The position numbers and the translations under genes were made by a program. The notes under the pieces were generated by a model that had not been told where the DNA came from, did not search any database, and saw nothing but the letters and a program-made list of their open reading frames with translations. This document shows positions 14,606 to 24,461 of a DNA stretch of 64,000 bases, in pieces. The first letter of the stretch is position 1. Each line of letters starts with the position of its first letter. Source of the stretch: an uncultured delta proteobacterium (GTDB lineage Bacteria; Myxococcota_A; Polyangia; Haliangiales; Haliangiaceae); assembly GCA_963848295.1 (NCBI GenBank), contig CAWKDB010000010.1:2944001-3008000 (forward strand), given 5' to 3'.

Positions 14606-15027
14606 GGCGCGCGTTCTCGGTGGCGGTGTACGCGCGGCGCGGCGGGCGCGTGCTGGTTATCGAGCACCGCCGGCTCGCGAAGTGGTTGCCGATCGGCGGC
14701 GAGATCGAACCCGGCGAGACTCCGCTCGAAGCGGCGCGGCGGGAGCTGTGTGAAGAGACCGGCCTGGTCGCCGAGTTTCGCTCGGTGGCGAACGCGCTCG
14801 ACGGGGTGCCACCTGGCCTGCTCGGCTACGAGGAGCACGAGGCCGGGAGCAAAGGCACGCACATGAACTTCGTGTTCGTCGCCTCCGTCCCAGCGGACGC
14901 CGAGGTGGTGCCCAATGACGAGTTCGGCGCCTGGCGCTGGGTCGATCGCGCGGAGCTCGAGCAGCTCTCGTCGCCGCTCAACGTACGCCAGTTCGGATTC
15001 GTCGCCCTCGACGCGATCCTCGAGTGA
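14602..15027 (+). CDS. NUDIX hydrolase
   Basis: GGEIEPGETPLEAARRELCEETGL Nudix box. Confidence 0.95.
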   Translation: MRRAFSVAVYARRGGRVLVIEHRRLAKWLPIGGEIEPGETPLEAARRELCEETGLVAEFRSVANALDGVPPGLLGYEEHEAGSKGTHMNFVFVASVPADAEVVPNDEFGAWRWVDRAELEQLSSPLNVRQFGFVALDAILE

Positions 15028-15031
15028 GCCC

Positions 15032-15640
15032 ATGCGGATCCGGCAGCATGTCAATCCCAAGCATCTGCACTTCGAGCGGTTTCGTGGCGATGTGCCCGTG
15101 CTGCCCGCGGATTGGCCGATCGAGGTCGAGATCGGCTGCGCCGAGGCGCAGTTCCTGTTCGAGCGTGCCGCGGTACAGCCGCGCGCGAGCTACGTCGGCT
15201 TGGAGATTCGCGAGGATCTCGTCGCGTACGTCAACAATAAGGCCCGAGCCGCGCAACTGCCGGTGCACGCAGTGTTCTGCCAAGCGCAGCTGCACATGCC
15301 TCAGATCTTCGGTGGGCGTCAGGTCGACCGCGTGTTCATCAACTTCCCGGATCCATGGTTCAAGCGCCGGCACCACGACCGCCGGATGGTCGATCGTGCA
15401 CTCGTCGCGGCGGTCGGCAACGTCGCGCGCCGGGGCGCCGACATCTTCGTACAAAGCGACGTCTGGGACGTCGCGCTCGATTCGATGGACGCGTTCGAAC
15501 GCGACGACCGGTTCACGAACGTCGCGGGCGAATGGACATTCTGGCGCTCCGGCAATCCCTACGGCGTCCGGTCGTGGCGCGAGCAAAACGCCGAGGAGAC
15601 CGGGCTGACGATCTGGCGAATCATGTATCGCCGGCGCTGA
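15032..15640 (+). CDS. trmB: tRNA (guanine-N7)-methyltransferase
   Basis: RIRQHVNP, EIGC, GLEIR, NFPDPWFKRRH. Confidence 0.93.
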   Translation: MRIRQHVNPKHLHFERFRGDVPVLPADWPIEVEIGCAEAQFLFERAAVQPRASYVGLEIREDLVAYVNNKARAAQLPVHAVFCQAQLHMPQIFGGRQVDRVFINFPDPWFKRRHHDRRMVDRALVAAVGNVARRGADIFVQSDVWDVALDSMDAFERDDRFTNVAGEWTFWRSGNPYGVRSWREQNAEETGLTIWRIMYRRR

Positions 15641-15645
15641 CCGGC

Positions 15646-15744
15646 AAGTAGACAAAAGAGACAGCGTCCCCAGAGATCCTCAGAGATCTCGATGAGATCG
15701 GGCTAGCGCTTTTTCGGCAAGTGGACAAAAGAGACAGCGTCCCC
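15646..15744 (-). repeat. 26-bp repeat family A doublet (15646-15671, 15719-15744)
   Basis: AAGT(A/G)GACAAAAGAGACAGCGTCCCC x2 with 73-bp period; the second copy lies inside the WYL gene 3' end. Confidence 0.95.
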
Positions 15745-16368
15745 AAGTGTCGCTTTCTGGATCTTGTCGAGTCGGAATTGACGGTCTTGGTTGGTTTCGA
15801 GGTCGATGACGTTGAGGAGCGTGACTTGGCGATCGAAGACGAGGTTGCGGATGCGGACGAGGCGCTGAGTCATTTGCCACGCCGACTTGGCATAGACGAT
15901 GCGCAGCGATCGGTTCTCGAACCAGGCGGTTTCGATCGCGTCGCGCACTTTGTCGGGGACCGGCAGCGCCGGCACGCCGACGACCTGGAGTTGACCGATC
16001 GCGTCGAGTAGCTCGCGTTGCGCCGAAGTCGATAGCGCGGCGCGGACTTTGTCGGCTGCGCGTTGCACCGCACTCGGAAACGGCACGAGGCGCTGATCGA
16101 GCGCCATCTTGGTCAGCGCGATCAGCAAGGCGGCTTCACGCGCGGTGAAGTTGATCGGCGGGAGCTGATAGCTCTTGTCGAGCGCGTAGCCGCCACCGCG
16201 CCCGCGATCGGCCTTGATCGGGACGCCGGCATCTTGGAGCGCTTCGAGATCGCGGTAGATGGTCCGCAGCGTCACACCGAAGCGCTCCGCGAGCTGTCCG
16301 GCGGTGACTCCGGTGCGGCGGGCTCGGAGTGCATCAGCCAGGGCGAACAGCCGGGACTTGCGTCGCAT
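15703..16368 (-). CDS. HTH-WYL (YafY/PafB-like) transcriptional regulator
   Basis: LAERFGVTLRTIYRDLEAL HTH_11, GRGGGY, LPPINFT, RQFRLDKI; start reassigned to ATG 16368. Confidence 0.92.
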   Translation of the reverse strand: MRRKSRLFALADALRARRTGVTAGQLAERFGVTLRTIYRDLEALQDAGVPIKADRGRGGGYALDKSYQLPPINFTAREAALLIALTKMALDQRLVPFPSAVQRAADKVRAALSTSAQRELLDAIGQLQVVGVPALPVPDKVRDAIETAWFENRSLRIVYAKSAWQMTQRLVRIRNLVFDRQVTLLNVIDLETNQDRQFRLDKIQKATLGDAVSFVHLPKKR

Positions 16369-16374
16369 GAAACC

Positions 16375-16390
16375 TGACAAAAGGCTGTCA
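16375..16390. promoter_or_regulatory. Probable WYL regulator operator TGACA-N6-TGTCA
   Basis: Perfect 5-bp inverted repeat TGACAAAAGGCTGTCA in the divergent WYL/VOC promoter. Confidence 0.7.
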
Positions 16391-16428
16391 AAAGCGAGAT
16401 GCAAGGTCAAGTTCGAAAGGACAAACCA

Positions 16429-16803
16429 ATGCAATTCACCAAGCACTCGATCAACTGGTTCAGGATCCCGGTCCGCGATGTGACGAAGGCGTCGGCGTTC
16501 TACGCTGACGTGCTCGGTCGCCCACTCAGGCACGTCGACTTCGGTGGGCGTCCCCACGCGGTGTTCCAAGCTGTCGGCGAATCGGCGGTCACCGGCGCGC
16601 TCGGCGAAGAGCCCGAACACCGTGGCGGTCCTGGCGTGACGATCTTTCTCGATGTCGATGCGGTGAAGCCTGCGGTCGAGCGTGCGGTCAAGGCGGGCGG
16701 CAAAGTGATCCAGCCGGTCACGGACCTCGGACCGATTGGCACGTGTGCGCGCATCGAAGACCTCGATGGCAACGTGGTGGGCCTTCACACCGGGAGGGCG
16801 TGA
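16429..16803 (+). CDS. VOC/glyoxalase family protein
   Basis: INWFRIPVRD, FYADVLG, AGGKVI, DLDGNVVGL. Confidence 0.9.
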   Translation: MQFTKHSINWFRIPVRDVTKASAFYADVLGRPLRHVDFGGRPHAVFQAVGESAVTGALGEEPEHRGGPGVTIFLDVDAVKPAVERAVKAGGKVIQPVTDLGPIGTCARIEDLDGNVVGLHTGRA

Positions 16804-16807
16804 AACG

Positions 16808-17434
16808 ATGAAGCTCCATACCTCGCAGATGTCGGGTAGCGCGCGGCGCGCCGAGCTCGTCGCGGTGATCCTCGGCGTTCCGATCGAGCGCCGACAGGTC
16901 GATCTCTCCGTTGCCGAGCAACGCGCCGGGCTCGCCGCGATCAACCCTAACGCGAAGGTGCCGGTGCTCGAAGACGGCGACTTCCGGTTGTGGGAATCGC
17001 GCGCGATCATGCAGTACCTGTGCGCTCGGTCGACGGGCCAGACGCTGTACCCGAGCGAGCCACGCTCCCGCGCCGAGGTCGACCGCTGGCTGTTCTGGGA
17101 TGCGGCGCACCTGTCGCCGGCGGTCGGGCCGATCACGTTCGAGCGGATGTGGAAGAAGCTGATCGGCGGAGGAGAGCCAGACGCGGCGTTGATCGCGCGC
17201 TACGAGCGCTTCCTTCATCAGTTCGCCGCCGTGCTCGACGCCCAGGTAGCCGGCAAGACGTGGATCCTCGGCGAATCGCTCACGATCGCCGATCTGTCGA
17301 TCGCCGCGACGCTGATGTACGCGAAGCCGGCCGCGCTGCCGCTCGAGGGCTACCCGCATCTGCTCGCGTGGTTTGCGCGCGTGCAGGCGCAGGCGGCATG
17401 GCGCAGCACCGAACCGCCGGCGATGGGCTGGTGA
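16808..17434 (+). CDS. Glutathione S-transferase
   Basis: INPNAKVPVL, LWESRAIMQYL, TIADL. Confidence 0.93.
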   Translation: MKLHTSQMSGSARRAELVAVILGVPIERRQVDLSVAEQRAGLAAINPNAKVPVLEDGDFRLWESRAIMQYLCARSTGQTLYPSEPRSRAEVDRWLFWDAAHLSPAVGPITFERMWKKLIGGGEPDAALIARYERFLHQFAAVLDAQVAGKTWILGESLTIADLSIAATLMYAKPAALPLEGYPHLLAWFARVQAQAAWRSTEPPAMGW

Positions 17435-17526
17435 GCTGATGATGTCGGCCGTGTTGGTCATCGGTTGGTTGGCGGCAAACGCGGTCGCGTTGCGGCGGAG
17501 TCGGCTTCGCCAGGAACTGAGCTAGA

Positions 17527-19668
17527 GTGGCGGCGATGGCCAAGGCGCGGAGCGGCAAGAAAACCGCGGGGTCGATCGTCGACACGATCGCGCCGGGGGC
17601 GATGGTCGACACGATCGCGCCGGGGCGAGGCGAGGATCCGCGCGCCGACGAGGGCCAGGTGATCGACACCGGGTTGTTCCGGCTCAGGGCCCCCTTCGCG
17701 CCGGCCGGCGACCAACCGCGCGCGATTCGCGAGCTGATCGAAGGGTTGCGCCGCGGCGACGAGGCGCAGGTCCTGCTCGGGATCACCGGCTCGGGCAAGA
17801 CGTTCACCGCGGCGAACGTGATCGCCGAGACCGGACGGCCGACGCTGATCATCGCGCACAACAAGGTCCTCGCGGCCCAGCTCTACGGCGAGCTCAAGGA
17901 GCTGTTTCCAGACGCCGCGGTGCACTACTTCGTCAGCTACTACGACTACTACCAACCCGAAGCGTACGTGCCGACGACCGACACGTTCATCGAGAAGGAC
18001 TCGATCGTCAACGAGGAGATCGATCGCATGCGACACGCCGCGACGTTCGCGCTGTTGTCGCGCCGCGACGTGATCATCGTGGCGTCGGTGTCGTGCATCT
18101 ATGGCATCGGCTCGCGCGACATCTATTCGTCGATGACGTGCGAGCTCGACACCGGCACCTCGATCGATCGCGATTCGGTCCTGCGCCGGCTCGTCGAGCT
18201 CCAGTACGAACGCAACGACGTCGATTTTCATCGCGGCACGTTCCGCGTGCGCGGCGACACGGTCGAGATCTTTCCCGCGTACGAAGCGGAGACCGCGATT
18301 CGGGTCGAGTGGTTCGGCGATCAGATCGAGGCGATGGCCGAGATCGATCCGTTGCGCGGCAAGATCAAGCGCGCGATCGATCGCACGGTCATCTTCCCGG
18401 CGTCGCACTACGCGACTCCGGCCGACACGATGCGCAAGGCATGCGAGACGATCCGCGCCGAGCTCAAGGTTCGCCTCGAAGAGCTGTCGCGTGATGGCAA
18501 ATTGCTCGAGCGCCAACGCCTCGAACAGCGCACGATGTACGACCTCGAGGCGATCGAGCAGATGGGGTTCTGCTCTGGCATCGAGAACTATTCGCGTCAC
18601 CTGACCGGGCGGGCGCCGGGGGAGCCGCCACCGACGCTGATGGATTACTTTCCCGATGATTACTTGCTGATCATCGATGAATCGCACCAGACCGTGCCGC
18701 AGATCGGCTCGATGTACAACGGCGACCGTTCGCGCAAGGAGACGCTCGTCGAGTACGGGTTCCGGCTGCCGAGCGCGCTCGACAATCGTCCGTTGCGATT
18801 CGACGAGTGGCGGCAACGCGCGAAGCAAACCGTCTACGTGTCGGCGACGCCCGCCGAGTGGGAGCTCGAGCAAGCGAAGGGCATCGTCGTCGAACAGATC
18901 ATTCGGCCGACCGGCCTGCTCGATCCCGAGGTCGAGATTCGCCCGGTCGCGCATCAAGTCGACGATCTGCTCGCCGAGATTCGCGACCGCACCGGGAGAG
19001 GCGACAAGGTCCTCGTCACCACGCTGACCAAGCGCATGGCCGAGGACCTGACCGAGTACTACCGAGAGATCGGGGTCAAGGTGCGCTATCTCCACTCCGA
19101 CGTCGACACGCTCGAACGGATCCAGATCATCCGCGACTTGCGGCGCGGCGAGTTCGACGTGCTCGTCGGGATCAACCTGTTGCGCGAAGGGCTCGATATC
19201 CCCGAGGTGTCGCTCGTCGGCATCCTCGACGCGGACAAAGAGGGGTTCTTGCGCTCGTCGCGCTCGTTGATCCAGACGATCGGCCGCGCGGCCCGCAACC
19301 TGAACGGCCGGGTGTTGCTCTACGCCGACAAGCGGACCGATTCGATCCAAGACGCGGTCGGCATCACCGAGCGGCGCCGCACGGTGCAGGCCGAGTTCAA
19401 CCGCGAGCACGGGATCACGCCGCGGTCGGCGAGCCGAAAGATCCTCGACATCCAACCGGCTGAGCCCATGCCGAAGAAAGGCCAGCGCGGCCCGCAGCTC
19501 GGCGGGCTCGATCTCAAGAGGATCGACGACCTCGATACGCTGCGCTCCGCGATCGACAAGCTGCGCGGCGAGATGCGCCAGGCTGCCGCCGATCTCGAGT
19601 TCGAACGAGCGGCGCAGCTCCGCGACAAGGCGCGAGAGCTCGAGCAACTCGAGCTGCAGATGCGGTGA
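17527..19668 (+). CDS. uvrB: Excinuclease ABC subunit B
   Basis: [39 protein letters not shown]-terminal UVR domain. Confidence 0.99.
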   Translation: MAAMAKARSGKKTAGSIVDTIAPGAMVDTIAPGRGEDPRADEGQVIDTGLFRLRAPFAPAGDQPRAIRELIEGLRRGDEAQVLLGITGSGKTFTAANVIAETGRPTLIIAHNKVLAAQLYGELKELFPDAAVHYFVSYYDYYQPEAYVPTTDTFIEKDSIVNEEIDRMRHAATFALLSRRDVIIVASVSCIYGIGSRDIYSSMTCELDTGTSIDRDSVLRRLVELQYERNDVDFHRGTFRVRGDTVEIFPAYEAETAIRVEWFGDQIEAMAEIDPLRGKIKRAIDRTVIFPASHYATPADTMRKACETIRAELKVRLEELSRDGKLLERQRLEQRTMYDLEAIEQMGFCSGIENYSRHLTGRAPGEPPPTLMDYFPDDYLLIIDESHQTVPQIGSMYNGDRSRKETLVEYGFRLPSALDNRPLRFDEWRQRAKQTVYVSATPAEWELEQAKGIVVEQIIRPTGLLDPEVEIRPVAHQVDDLLAEIRDRTGRGDKVLVTTLTKRMAEDLTEYYREIGVKVRYLHSDVDTLERIQIIRDLRRGEFDVLVGINLLREGLDIPEVSLVGILDADKEGFLRSSRSLIQTIGRAARNLNGRVLLYADKRTDSIQDAVGITERRRTVQAEFNREHGITPRSASRKILDIQPAEPMPKKGQRGPQLGGLDLKRIDDLDTLRSAIDKLRGEMRQAAADLEFERAAQLRDKARELEQLELQMR

Positions 19669-20333
19669 AGGCGCTGCGCGGTTTCTATGCGGTGCTCGAT
19701 CGCGACGACGAGGCGCTCGCGCTCGAGCTCGCGCGCCATGCTCGCGTGTTACAAGTTCGGTTGAAGCCGGCGACGGGCGATGACATCGCGCGCGTCGCCC
19801 GCATGGCGCGGCGGGTATGCACCGCGGCCGGCGCGCAATTGATCATCAATGATCGGATCGATATCGCGCTCGCGGTCGGAGCCGACGGCGTTCACCTCGG
19901 GCAGACCGACGTGCCGGTCGCCGACGCACGCACGCTCGTCGGCACCCGCCTGCGGATCGGCGTGTCGACTCACGATCTCGAGCAAGTCGCGCGCGCGGTC
20001 GCGGGCGGCGCGGACTATCTCGGCTATGGTCCGGTGTTCGCCACGGCGACCAAAGCGAACCCCGATCCGGTGCAGGGCCTCGCGAACCTGCGCGCCGCGG
20101 TGCAAGCGGCTGGCCGGGTGCCGGTCGTCGCGATCGGCGGCATCATGCCGCGCCACGCCCGCGCGGTCTACGCGACCGGTGTCGCGGCAATTTGCGCTAT
20201 CTCGAGCGTCAATCAGGCCAGGGACTTGGCCGCCGCGGCGCGGGCATTTCGCCGGCCGTACCCGTGGTTACGCCGCGCACGTTACGTCGCGACAACCTAT
20301 CTTCCAATATTGCGGTCCAAGTCACGGCTATAG
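19665..20333 (+). CDS. thiE: Thiamine-phosphate synthase
   Basis: [31 protein letters not shown]. Confidence 0.95.
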   Translation: MKALRGFYAVLDRDDEALALELARHARVLQVRLKPATGDDIARVARMARRVCTAAGAQLIINDRIDIALAVGADGVHLGQTDVPVADARTLVGTRLRIGVSTHDLEQVARAVAGGADYLGYGPVFATATKANPDPVQGLANLRAAVQAAGRVPVVAIGGIMPRHARAVYATGVAAICAISSVNQARDLAAAARAFRRPYPWLRRARYVATTYLPILRSKSRL

Positions 20334-20415
20334 GACGATACCCCGGCCTCGTAGACCCTGAATACGGGGCCTGCGTTTGCGTCAGTACCCAGCAGCGCTC
20401 CTCAAAGGAAGCATC

Positions 20416-20718
20416 ATGTCCAAGCTCGGAATCTTCGCTTCGCTCGCCGCTCTCGTTCTCTCGATCGGCTTCGCGACCCTGTCGTCGACCTCGGCGAACG
20501 CGGGGGGCCCCACGCCCTGCGTGCACAAAGAGTTCAAGACCGAGCTCGTCAAGGCGGCGTGCGCCAAGGGCGGCCAAGCCGAGGCGAAAATCCAGATGAA
20601 GACGTTCCAGAAGGAACACAAGCTCGAGAGCTGCAACTCTTGCCACAAGAAGCTGGCGCCGAACTACGAGCTCAAGGAGGACGCGTTCGAGAAGTTCACG
20701 AAGGCCGGCGGCAAGTGA
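20416..20718 (+). CDS. Small secreted monoheme c-type cytochrome
   Basis: AAGGA RBS, Sec signal peptide (..ANA), CNSCH heme motif, two extra Cys. Confidence 0.75.
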   Translation: MSKLGIFASLAALVLSIGFATLSSTSANAGGPTPCVHKEFKTELVKAACAKGGQAEAKIQMKTFQKEHKLESCNSCHKKLAPNYELKEDAFEKFTKAGGK

Positions 20719-20738
20719 TCTCGCCGGCGAGCTAGAGC

Positions 20739-21431
20739 TCAGAGCTGGCGCAAGATGTCTTGGTGGACGCGCCAGCTCGCGCGCTCTACGCTGTCGGCTT
20801 CGCCGCCGCCGCCGAGCGCGAGCGCGGGTACGAAGCAAAAGCATTCGTCATCGGTGTAGTTGCCGATCCGCGCCTTCGCGTCGCGGTACAGCGATCGGCG
20901 CAAGAACGCTTCCTGCCAGTCGTGACGATCGATCGCGGCAAGGAACGCTGCCACCGAGTCGCCCAGCACGGCCATCTGCTTGTCGTGGATATCGATCATC
21001 GAGATATCGCATGCGGTGTCGGCACCCGGCAGCCCGGCTTGACGCGCCCGCTCTCGCAGGTCGCGAAACACGACGATGTCGCCGAACGCGGTCCGACCGA
21101 TCGAGCGCCGGCCGGTCGTCTGTCCCATCAGCCACCCCGCCATCTCGTCGTCGAGAGCGCCTGGCTTCGTGATCAACAACAAGCCATCGGCGTGGCGCCC
21201 CGGCGGCAAGGCCTTCGTCAGCTGCGCGAAATGCGGGTGCGCGCTCGCTCCACCGGGCTTCGCGGTCTTCGCGGCGCTCACCCGCTTGGTCTTGTGGGCG
21301 CTCTTCGCGGGCTTGGTCTTGTGGGCGCTCTTCGCGGGCTTGGTCTTGTGGGCGCTCTTCGCGCGCGAGGATTTCTTCGCGGCGGCAGGCCTGCTTGCCT
21401 TCTTCGGCTGCTTGCGCGGCTTGGTCGTCAC
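20739..21431 (-). CDS. GAD-like/DUF1851 (T6SS Tdi1-type immunity) protein with Lys/Ala-rich N-terminal tail
   Basis: GRTAFGD and DECFCFVPALALGG motifs; GTG start overlaps the cpoB stop. Confidence 0.75.
   Translation of the reverse strand: MTTKPRKQPKKASRPAAAKKSSRAKSAHKTKPAKSAHKTKPAKSAHKTKRVSAAKTAKPGGASAHPHFAQLTKALPPGRHADGLLLITKPGALDDEMAGWLMGQTTGRRSIGRTAFGDIVVFRDLRERARQAGLPGADTACDISMIDIHDKQMAVLGDSVAAFLAAIDRHDWQEAFLRRSLYRDAKARIGNYTDDECFCFVPALALGGGGEADSVERASWRVHQDILRQL
21284..21363. repeat. 27-bp coding tandem repeat x3 (AKSAHKTKP)
   Basis: GCTTGGTCTTGTGGGCGCTCTTCGCG at 21284, 21311, 21338. Confidence 0.9.
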
Positions 21432-22240
21432 GACGTGCAGGTCGCTTTGTTCTTCAGTTGTTTCCTGATCGTCCTGTCGAGCTCGGCGGCCTGCCTCAGC
21501 ACGTTCGACTTCGGATACTTCGTCTTGATCACGTCGAGGTACGTCCGCGCCTCGGTGCAGTTCTTCAGCTGCTGCGCCGCGAGCGCTGCGAAGTACAAGC
21601 CATCGTCGGCGAGCGAGCTGTCGGGATACTTCTCGACGAGCTGTTGGTACGCGCCGATCGCGTGGTCGTAGTCCTTCATGTTCGTGTAGCACTGGCCGCG
21701 GAAGTACTGCGCGTCGGCCGCCTTGGCGTGCGTCGGGAACGACTGGACGAGCCGCTTGAAGATGTCGAGCGCGTCGTTGTAGCGAGCGGCATCGAACGCG
21801 GTGCTGCCGAGCTTCCACAGATCATCGGGCGAGCTATTCGCGGTCGGCTTGCCGCTCTCGATCTGTGCGAGTCGGCCCTCGAGATCGGTGAGGCGCTGGT
21901 CGTTGTCCTTGCGATATCGGTCGAACCCGGTCTTCAGCTCGTTGACCGAGTTATTGATCGTCGCGACCAACCCGTTCGCGGTGCGGACGTCGGAGCGCAA
22001 GCCCTCGACATCGGCGCCGATGTCAGCGCTGTTGCGCTTGAGCACCTTCGTCGCGTTGTCGAGCACCGTTTGCAGCTGCGCGATCTGCGTGTCGAGCGTC
22101 TTCTCTTTTGCGTCGAGCCGACCTTGTAGCGTCGTGACGTCCTTGCGCAGCAACTCGCCTTCACTCTTCGTGGTGACCCAGAAGCAACCACCGAGAGAGC
22201 TCGCGACCGCCGCGGTGAATAACAGCTTGCTCAATGCCAT
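21428..22240 (-). CDS. cpoB: CpoB/YbgF-like TPR lipoprotein
   Basis: LGGC lipobox, coiled coil, TPRs (YPDSSLADDGLY); directly follows pal. Confidence 0.8.
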   Translation of the reverse strand: MALSKLLFTAAVASSLGGCFWVTTKSEGELLRKDVTTLQGRLDAKEKTLDTQIAQLQTVLDNATKVLKRNSADIGADVEGLRSDVRTANGLVATINNSVNELKTGFDRYRKDNDQRLTDLEGRLAQIESGKPTANSSPDDLWKLGSTAFDAARYNDALDIFKRLVQSFPTHAKAADAQYFRGQCYTNMKDYDHAIGAYQQLVEKYPDSSLADDGLYFAALAAQQLKNCTEARTYLDVIKTKYPKSNVLRQAAELDRTIRKQLKNKATCTS

Positions 22241-23004
22241 TGGAACTCCACGCGACGGTCTTTGTCGTCGCCAAGGCCGGTTGGCTCGGTCTCGCCCTTC
22301 GGTACGACTTGCATGCGCGCCGGATCGGTGCCAAGGCGAGCGAGGTAGTCCGCGACAGCTTGAGCGCGGCGCTCGGACAACGCGATGTTGTATTCCTCGG
22401 TGCCGGAGCTGTCGGTGTGGCCGACGAGCAACACGTTCTTGCCCTTCGCGGTCTCGATGCACTTCTCGTTGGAGTCGAGCCGCTCGCGCTCGCTCTCCTG
22501 GATGCTCGAGTTGTCGAACTGGAAGTACACCGTCTGCAGTGTACAGGTCGCGCCGACGTTCGTGCCGGTCGCGGCCTTCACGCAGTAGCCGCCGACGCAG
22601 TCTTCGTCGTCGGCGCACTCGTCATCCTTCGCGCACTTCTTGCCGTGCGTGCACGCACCCGCGTTGCACACGCCGCCGGGGCCGCACTCGGCGTTCGACG
22701 CACACGGCTTGCATGCGCCGGCCTCGCAGACCTGGCCGTTCGGACACTGGGTATCGTTGACGCATTCGGCTTTCGCGACGCACGCGTTCGCGCTGCAGCG
22801 CTGACCCTTCGCGCACTGCGAGTCGTCGTTGCAAGCGACGCAGTGGTTATCGGCGCAGACTTGACCGGCCTTGCAGTCCTTGTCGACCTTGCAGCCGGGG
22901 TTCTTGGGCTTGCTACCGCACGAGCCGACCAATGCGAACGCGAGCACGACCCCGATCGCGGCCATCGCGACCGCGGCAAACCGGGATCGTCCCGAATCTT
23001 CCAT
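22231..23004 (-). CDS. pal: Pal/OmpA-family lipoprotein with N-terminal Cys-rich repeats
   Basis: VYFQFD, GHTD..GTEEYNIALSERRA, DRRVEF; multiple C..D..C..G..C repeats; start uncertain (23004 or 23040). Confidence 0.85.
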   Translation of the reverse strand: MEDSGRSRFAAVAMAAIGVVLAFALVGSCGSKPKNPGCKVDKDCKAGQVCADNHCVACNDDSQCAKGQRCSANACVAKAECVNDTQCPNGQVCEAGACKPCASNAECGPGGVCNAGACTHGKKCAKDDECADDEDCVGGYCVKAATGTNVGATCTLQTVYFQFDNSSIQESERERLDSNEKCIETAKGKNVLLVGHTDSSGTEEYNIALSERRAQAVADYLARLGTDPARMQVVPKGETEPTGLGDDKDRRVEFQWH

Positions 23005-23072
23005 GGCGTGAAACCTAAATGGACGCGGCACGTTAGTCAAATCAGCGGGTAGTGCTGCTACGCTTTGCCGCG

Positions 23073-24446
<1,374 letters not shown>

Positions 24447-24461
24447 ACGGGACGTCCCCAG

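Noticed and set aside
17575..17628. 27-bp duplication near the uvrB start as a regulatory repeat
   Set aside because: An in-frame two-copy duplication (VDTIAPG) in a variable N-terminal extension; no other support.
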